Positions 58,990 to 64,000 of a stretch of 64,000 nucleotides of DNA are shown here, piece by piece. The notes below the pieces were generated by a model that saw only the letters and a program-made list of their open reading frames with translations, did no database searches and had not been told where the DNA came from. The translations under genes were made by a program, and so were the position numbers. This DNA is from Nitrospirota bacterium. GTDB taxonomy: Bacteria; Nitrospirota; Nitrospiria; 2-01-FULL-66-17. The stretch lies in contig JBMOMC010000044.1 in the NCBI GenBank assembly GCA_049325335.1, positions 96,001 through 160,000 on the forward strand, in the 5' to 3' direction. Every line of letters starts with the position of its first letter. Position 1 is the stretch's first letter.

Positions 58990-61952
58990 GCGGACGACTC
59001 GACGCAATCTGGCTCCCACGATCCGGACCGCGCACGGCCGTTGCGGCCGTTGCAGCCGTGCTCATCGCCGCGGTCGGCGTCATGAGGGCGTGGCCGTCCC
59101 TCGTCGCCATACCCCAACCGTATCCGGATCTCGTGGTCGGGTTCATCGCCGCGACCGACTACCCTAAATCCGCTGAATATCGGGCTGCAGCCGGGTTCTT
59201 CCTGCTGTTCGCCCTCGCCTGGCCGATCGTCACCACCGTGGTCAATCGCGTTCCCGTACGGATGCCGATCCAGCCGCCAACCACGTGGTCGATGACGCCG
59301 CACGGTCTATTGCTGGGCATTGCCGCGTACTCGGCGACGTATGCGCTCCTCACACGCTCCTGGCCGTGGCTGCCTCTTGGAGCCTGGCTGATCCTGCTGA
59401 CGATCTGGCGTGCGCTCACACGACCATCCTCATCATCCCACGACGCGCCGCGGGTATTCGCGGTCCTCATGATATTCCTCATCTGCACCTACTTCTCGAT
59501 CCTCGGCCTATTCGCCGTGCTTGCTGCGGTCAGGCCGGAGTGGTTCGCGGGACGTGAATCCGAGTGCGCGACCGCGGCGCTCATCGGACTGGAATTTAGC
59601 GCGGTCGCGCTCATCATGGCTCATCGCGCGATCACTGTTGACGGCTGGCGAACCATTGCGTTCAGCAGCCAAGCCCTGCTGCCCCTACTGGTCACCGTCC
59701 TGGCGCACGACGCCTATCGGCACCACGGCGTGATCGCCCATTTGAATATGCCGTTCGCCACGCGCGCGGGCGTGCTCACGGCCGCGTTGGCGGGGTGCGC
59801 GAGTCAGATTCTGGCCTGGCGGCGCTCGGCTCCCTGGCGCGAGATCCCATCCGCCGACCGCATCATTCGTCCCGCAAGCGTGGTCTGGATCGCCGCGTTT
59901 TTGGCCTATCGCGTCCCCGAATACAGCGGATTCGAGTGGGACTCGCTTCATCTCGGCGAGTTGCTGCTGCCCTGGCACCAGGCCGTGACCCACGACCTAC
60001 GGCTCTTCGAGGATTTCGTCCCCGTCCAAGGCGGGATGAGTCTGGTATACGGCATGGTCAACGGGCTCTTGTTGGACGGCACGATCTCGTCGTTCCCCAT
60101 CGCCATATCCTGGATGTCGGTCATCGCGGCCGCCCTGGCGGCGTGGGCTGTGTGTATGTTGGCGGGGCCGGCTTGGGGATTGATCCTCGCGCCGTTTCTG
60201 CCCATCGGGTACACCTCGATCATGGTCACGTACAACCGGTTGTTCCTGATGCTGCCGATGGTCGCCGTGCTCGCCCACCCAGCCCTGGTGGCAAAGCCCA
60301 GACGGTGGTTGGCGGTCTGGGCCGTCTTGTCCATCGTCGCGTTGCTCTACAACGTCATCATCGGGTCGGCCTGCGTGGCGGCCTCGGTCGTGATCGCGGG
60401 ATGGATGGCGTGGCGCGCGTATCGGTCCGCCATCGCGGTCGGCGCGCACGGACCCGCGATCACGCGGATTGCCGCTTGGATCCCGGGGCTCGCGCTGGGT
60501 ATCGGAGTCCTCCCGTTTCTAGCGGGCCAGGTTCGTTTCGTGATGGAGAACGCGGCCTCCAACACCACGGCGTATGGATACGGCGCGCTACAATCCGGTC
60601 CCATGCCGGATTGGTTTTGGTGGCCGTCCAAACTCGCCTGGGAATCGATCCGGACCGGAGGATGGGTCATGGGGGTGATCGCCCTGTTCGCCGTCTTCGT
60701 CTATGGATTGGTCCGACGACGCTACTCGAGCCCAACCGACGCCGCGGCACTGGTCTTCCCCGCAATGAGCGTGCTATTTCTCATCAGCCTCATTCCTTAC
60801 AGCCTGGGACAAGTGTGGCCGGATGAGATGAGCCGATCCGGCGCGGCGTCCATGTTGGCCATCGGGAGCCTGGTCCCGGTCGCGCTGATCCTGAGCGCGG
60901 GCCGCGACGCGCGCGTGGCGATCGTGGCGGCCGGACTCATCGGCGCGCTGTTGGGCCTGCGCGGCGCGTTCGGCCAGCCCGATCCGTGGCTCCTGGCCCA
61001 ACGAGCCATGGCCGCGATCGACGCGCCCGACCAAACCATCCGATGGCACGGGGACCCGGCGTTACCCCACATGGGGTCAGGGTTCATTTTACCGACCAAG
61101 CTGGACGCCACGAGGAGCCTTGACGCGGCCATGCGCCAGGTGCTTCGAGACAACGAAACCTATCTGGATCTAACGAACCGTCCGGCGTTTTACGTGGCGC
61201 TCAACCGGCGGGCTCCGGCGCCCTACGTCGCGGATTACAACGCGCCGAACCACGCGATTCAACGCCGCATCATCGCGGCGCTCGAACGCGAGGCGCCGCC
61301 GCTCGCCTGGATCGGCCCGCGTTCATCCGTGTTCACGGCCTCGTTGCGCGCGTACCGCGTCTACCGGTGGTTGATCGAACGCGGGTACCGGTACGTCCGC
61401 ATGAACGGGTACGAGTTCTTGGTTCGTCCGGACCGCGCGGAGGAGCTCGGCCTGCCCCCCGAGTCCGCGGAAGACCGCGCCGCGCTGCGTCGCCTCGTGA
61501 CGCCCGATGACCTCGGTCTGATCCCGGCGGCCTGGGGCCGGACGTTGCAAGACCGCCCGGAACGGTTCCGGTCTCGCAGCGCGGCGTTCACCGTGGCATC
61601 GGTTGATTCGTCGATCCCGCAGGATGATCCCCTACGGGCTTGGACTCTGGATCAACCGATCCGCGGCACGGACGCGGATTTTCTCGCGCTGCGCGTGACG
61701 TGCGGTCGCTCATTACATGAACCATTCGGCGCGCGGGTCTTCTGGTCCTCAACCGAGGACGCGCTCGGGACGGACCGGCCGCTGACCTTCCGCGCGGTGG
61801 GCGGCCGACTCCTTATCCCGTTGGGCATTGACCCGTCGTGGCTGCGTGGCCGGACCATCACGCATCTGGCCCTGCGCCTGGATCGCGACGCGATCGAGCG
61901 GTGCGGAGTCATCCACGTCGATCACCCAACCCTGCTGCGGCTGATCGACTGA
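58986..61952 (+). CDS. Large polytopic membrane protein, possible GT-C glycosyltransferase
   Basis: ~988 aa, many TM helices, D.LH.GE..P loop, soluble C-terminal region; GTGA overlap with the upstream gene. Confidence 0.7.
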   Translation: MSGRLDAIWLPRSGPRTAVAAVAAVLIAAVGVMRAWPSLVAIPQPYPDLVVGFIAATDYPKSAEYRAAAGFFLLFALAWPIVTTVVNRVPVRMPIQPPTTWSMTPHGLLLGIAAYSATYALLTRSWPWLPLGAWLILLTIWRALTRPSSSSHDAPRVFAVLMIFLICTYFSILGLFAVLAAVRPEWFAGRESECATAALIGLEFSAVALIMAHRAITVDGWRTIAFSSQALLPLLVTVLAHDAYRHHGVIAHLNMPFATRAGVLTAALAGCASQILAWRRSAPWREIPSADRIIRPASVVWIAAFLAYRVPEYSGFEWDSLHLGELLLPWHQAVTHDLRLFEDFVPVQGGMSLVYGMVNGLLLDGTISSFPIAISWMSVIAAALAAWAVCMLAGPAWGLILAPFLPIGYTSIMVTYNRLFLMLPMVAVLAHPALVAKPRRWLAVWAVLSIVALLYNVIIGSACVAASVVIAGWMAWRAYRSAIAVGAHGPAITRIAAWIPGLALGIGVLPFLAGQVRFVMENAASNTTAYGYGALQSGPMPDWFWWPSKLAWESIRTGGWVMGVIALFAVFVYGLVRRRYSSPTDAAALVFPAMSVLFLISLIPYSLGQVWPDEMSRSGAASMLAIGSLVPVALILSAGRDARVAIVAAGLIGALLGLRGAFGQPDPWLLAQRAMAAIDAPDQTIRWHGDPALPHMGSGFILPTKLDATRSLDAAMRQVLRDNETYLDLTNRPAFYVALNRRAPAPYVADYNAPNHAIQRRIIAALEREAPPLAWIGPRSSVFTASLRAYRVYRWLIERGYRYVRMNGYEFLVRPDRAEELGLPPESAEDRAALRRLVTPDDLGLIPAAWGRTLQDRPERFRSRSAAFTVASVDSSIPQDDPLRAWTLDQPIRGTDADFLALRVTCGRSLHEPFGARVFWSSTEDALGTDRPLTFRAVGGRLLIPLGIDPSWLRGRTITHLALRLDRDAIERCGVIHVDHPTLLRLID

Positions 61953-61959
61953 GGACGCG

Positions 61960-63399
61960 TTACGGCGCCAATGGGAACCGGACCGTAAACGCGGTGCCCT
62001 TGCCGACCTCGCTGGTCACCGTGATCCGGCCTTGATGCGCCTCGACCAACTCTTTGACGATGCTCAGCCCGAGGCCGAATCCCGCGTGTTCGTCTCCATT
62101 GGTCACGGGCTGAGCGGTGCGGGCCGAGTCCACCCGGTAGAACCGGTCGAACAAATGCGGCAACGCGTCGGACGGAATGCCCACGCCGGTGTCCTCGATC
62201 GTGACCGCGACGTCGGTCCGGTCCGAGTCGACCCGAATCGTGACCCGGCCGCCCTCCCCGGTGTACTTGACCGCGTTGTCGATCAGGTTGGTGAACACCT
62301 CGGTGAGGCCCGTCTCATCGCCCCACGCCGCCACGGCCCGGGGCGCCAGGTGACAGCGCAGGACAATGTCCTTTCGCTTGGCCAACGGCGTCAACAGCGC
62401 CACCGTGGTGCCGATCAAGCGATTGAGATCCACCCGTTCCTTGGTCAACGGAACGCTGCGGTGCTCGAGACGCGAAAGCGTCAACAGGTTATCGATCAAC
62501 GTGGACAACTTCTCCGTGTGGCGCAGGATCGTCCGCAACCGCTCCTTGTACTCCTCCACGGTGCGATCGCGCCGGAGCGGTACCTCGCAGTAACTCTTGA
62601 TCACGCTCACCGGGGTGCGCAGTTCGTGCGACGCGTCCGAGATGAACCGCCGTTGCTGGAGGAACACGGTGTGGATCCGACCCAGCATGGCGTTGAACGC
62701 CGCGGCCAGATCGCGCAACTCGGCGCTGACCCGATCTTCCCCGACTCGTCGATCCAACGTGTGTTCGCTGATCTGGCCGATTTCGTCCGACAGCCGTTGG
62801 ATCGGGCGCAGCGACACGCGCGCGATCAGATAGCCGCCGAACGCGGACAACAAAATGATAAACGGCGCGCTGTACAACATGGTCGTGCGCAGGAGCGCGA
62901 GGAACCCCTCGATGTCCCGGAGGCTCGATCCGGTTGAGACGATGAACACGCGCACGACCTCGGGCCGGCCCAACGGACTCACGGTGACCCGGCGGGCGTG
63001 AACCCGGACGCGGTCCCCGTCGGGCGCCGCGAGGGTGCCGTGGTACGGCTGATACAGCCGGCCGTACGGGATATCGAATGCCCACCCCTCGAGCGAGCGC
63101 GAGCGGGCCAGCACCCGGCCCGCGTCGTCGAAGATCTGGTAGTAGTGACCCGCCCCCTCGTAATCGTAGAGCGTGGGATAGCGCTCCTGGTGCTCCGCGG
63201 GTTCAAAGTGGACCGACCCGTCCGGGAAAATCTCTATGAGCGACGCGAACAACTCCGCACGGGAGTGCAACGCCTCGTCGATCATCGCCAGGGACGCGTC
63301 GCGTTGCCGTTGGTACAGCAACACCTCAAGCGCCCCGAGCCCGCACGACGCGGTCACGATGACCCAGATCACCAACCGGCCAGCGATGGAATTAAGCAC
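61960..63399 (-). CDS. Heavy-metal-sensor-type histidine kinase (CusS-like)
   Basis: 2 TM, HAMP, DASHELRTP, NLIDNAVKY, FDRFYRVD, GLGLSI. Confidence 0.92.
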   Translation of the reverse strand: MLNSIAGRLVIWVIVTASCGLGALEVLLYQRQRDASLAMIDEALHSRAELFASLIEIFPDGSVHFEPAEHQERYPTLYDYEGAGHYYQIFDDAGRVLARSRSLEGWAFDIPYGRLYQPYHGTLAAPDGDRVRVHARRVTVSPLGRPEVVRVFIVSTGSSLRDIEGFLALLRTTMLYSAPFIILLSAFGGYLIARVSLRPIQRLSDEIGQISEHTLDRRVGEDRVSAELRDLAAAFNAMLGRIHTVFLQQRRFISDASHELRTPVSVIKSYCEVPLRRDRTVEEYKERLRTILRHTEKLSTLIDNLLTLSRLEHRSVPLTKERVDLNRLIGTTVALLTPLAKRKDIVLRCHLAPRAVAAWGDETGLTEVFTNLIDNAVKYTGEGGRVTIRVDSDRTDVAVTIEDTGVGIPSDALPHLFDRFYRVDSARTAQPVTNGDEHAGFGLGLSIVKELVEAHQGRITVTSEVGKGTAFTVRFPLAP

Positions 63400-64000
63400 G
63401 ACCAGTCCGGAGCATGTACCCGACGCCGCGCACGGTCTGGATGAGCGTCGTCGAGGAGCGCCGGCCGAGCTTCTTGCGCAGCGCGTTGACGTGCACGTCG
63501 ATCACGTTGCTGTCCGAGTCGAACGAGTCGTCGTAGATGTGCTCGATGATCTCGGTGCGGGTCACGGCGCGGTCGTGGCGCCGGACCAGAAACTCCAGGA
63601 GCGCGAACTCCTTGGCCGTGAGCTCCACAAGCTTGCCGCCCACCCGCACGGCGCGCGTGGCCGGATCAATCCGGACGGGCCCGGCTTCCAGCAGCACGCG
63701 GCGGTCCGGGGTGTGCCGGCGCATAATCGTCCGCAACCGCGCCAGCAACTCCCGGAACTCGAATGGCTTGGTTAAATAATCGTCCGCGCCCGTATCCAGA
63801 CCCCGCACCTTGTCCTCAATGGCTCCGCGCGCGGTCAACAACAACACCGGCGTGGCCTTCCCTTCCTTGCGGAGCGACTTGAGCACGCCGAAGCCATCCA
63901 GGCTTGGCAGCATCACATCCAGGATCACCGCGTCGTACGGCACCTCGCGCGCCATATACAGCGCGTCCTCGCCGTCCGCGCACACGTCGACGCTATACCC
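63392..64000 (-). CDS. OmpR-family response regulator (CusR-like), 5' end outside the window
   Basis: LDVMLP, GLDTGADDYLTKPF, SNVIDVHV..LRKK, VRGVGY. Confidence 0.93.
   Translation of the reverse strand, partial: GYSVDVCADGEDALYMAREVPYDAVILDVMLPSLDGFGVLKSLRKEGKATPVLLLTARGAIEDKVRGLDTGADDYLTKPFEFRELLARLRTIMRRHTPDRRVLLEAGPVRIDPATRAVRVGGKLVELTAKEFALLEFLVRRHDRAVTRTEIIEHIYDDSFDSDSNVIDVHVNALRKKLGRRSSTTLIQTVRGVGYMLRTGRA

Overview
GC-rich bacterial chromosomal segment. The gene content (DabA carbon pump, FGE-sulfatase cytochromes, bfr/bfd) suggests a chemolithoautotroph such as Nitrospirota, but this is inference only. From left to right: the 3' end of dabA plus a PII-like gene; a DUF6883/DUF4926 pair with a premature stop; SPFH; two FGE-sulfatase proteins (one with two heme-c motifs); ribE, thiD and a lipoate ligase; an OmpR/BaeS-type two-component system; a partly decayed detoxification island (CGNR, TetR and MarR regulators with visible operators, two pseudogenes); an ~11 kb cluster ending in a radical SAM-SPASM/ArsM-like methyltransferase fusion, with TIGR04283-type and GT87-type glycosyltransferases, DUF547, spondin, DM13 and a PiT transporter, preceded by Pho-box-like 11-bp repeats; a probably Fur-controlled iron locus (Com-like zinc ribbon, porin, ApbE-FMN-binding fusion, membrane protein, cupredoxin, bfr, bfd); a MacAB-TolC-type exporter; fur; prmA; an orphan Bell-like protein with an amyloid-like tail; a DHOR/BNR + CRTAC1 + moeA operon; a surface glycosylation operon; and a CusRS-like two-component system cut by the window end. 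No rRNA, tRNA, CRISPR array or transposase was seen. The best candidates for an undescribed system are the organoarsenical-type biosynthetic cluster (20101-31453) and the flavinylation-based iron module (31579-35680). Family assignments come from motif recognition, not database searches.
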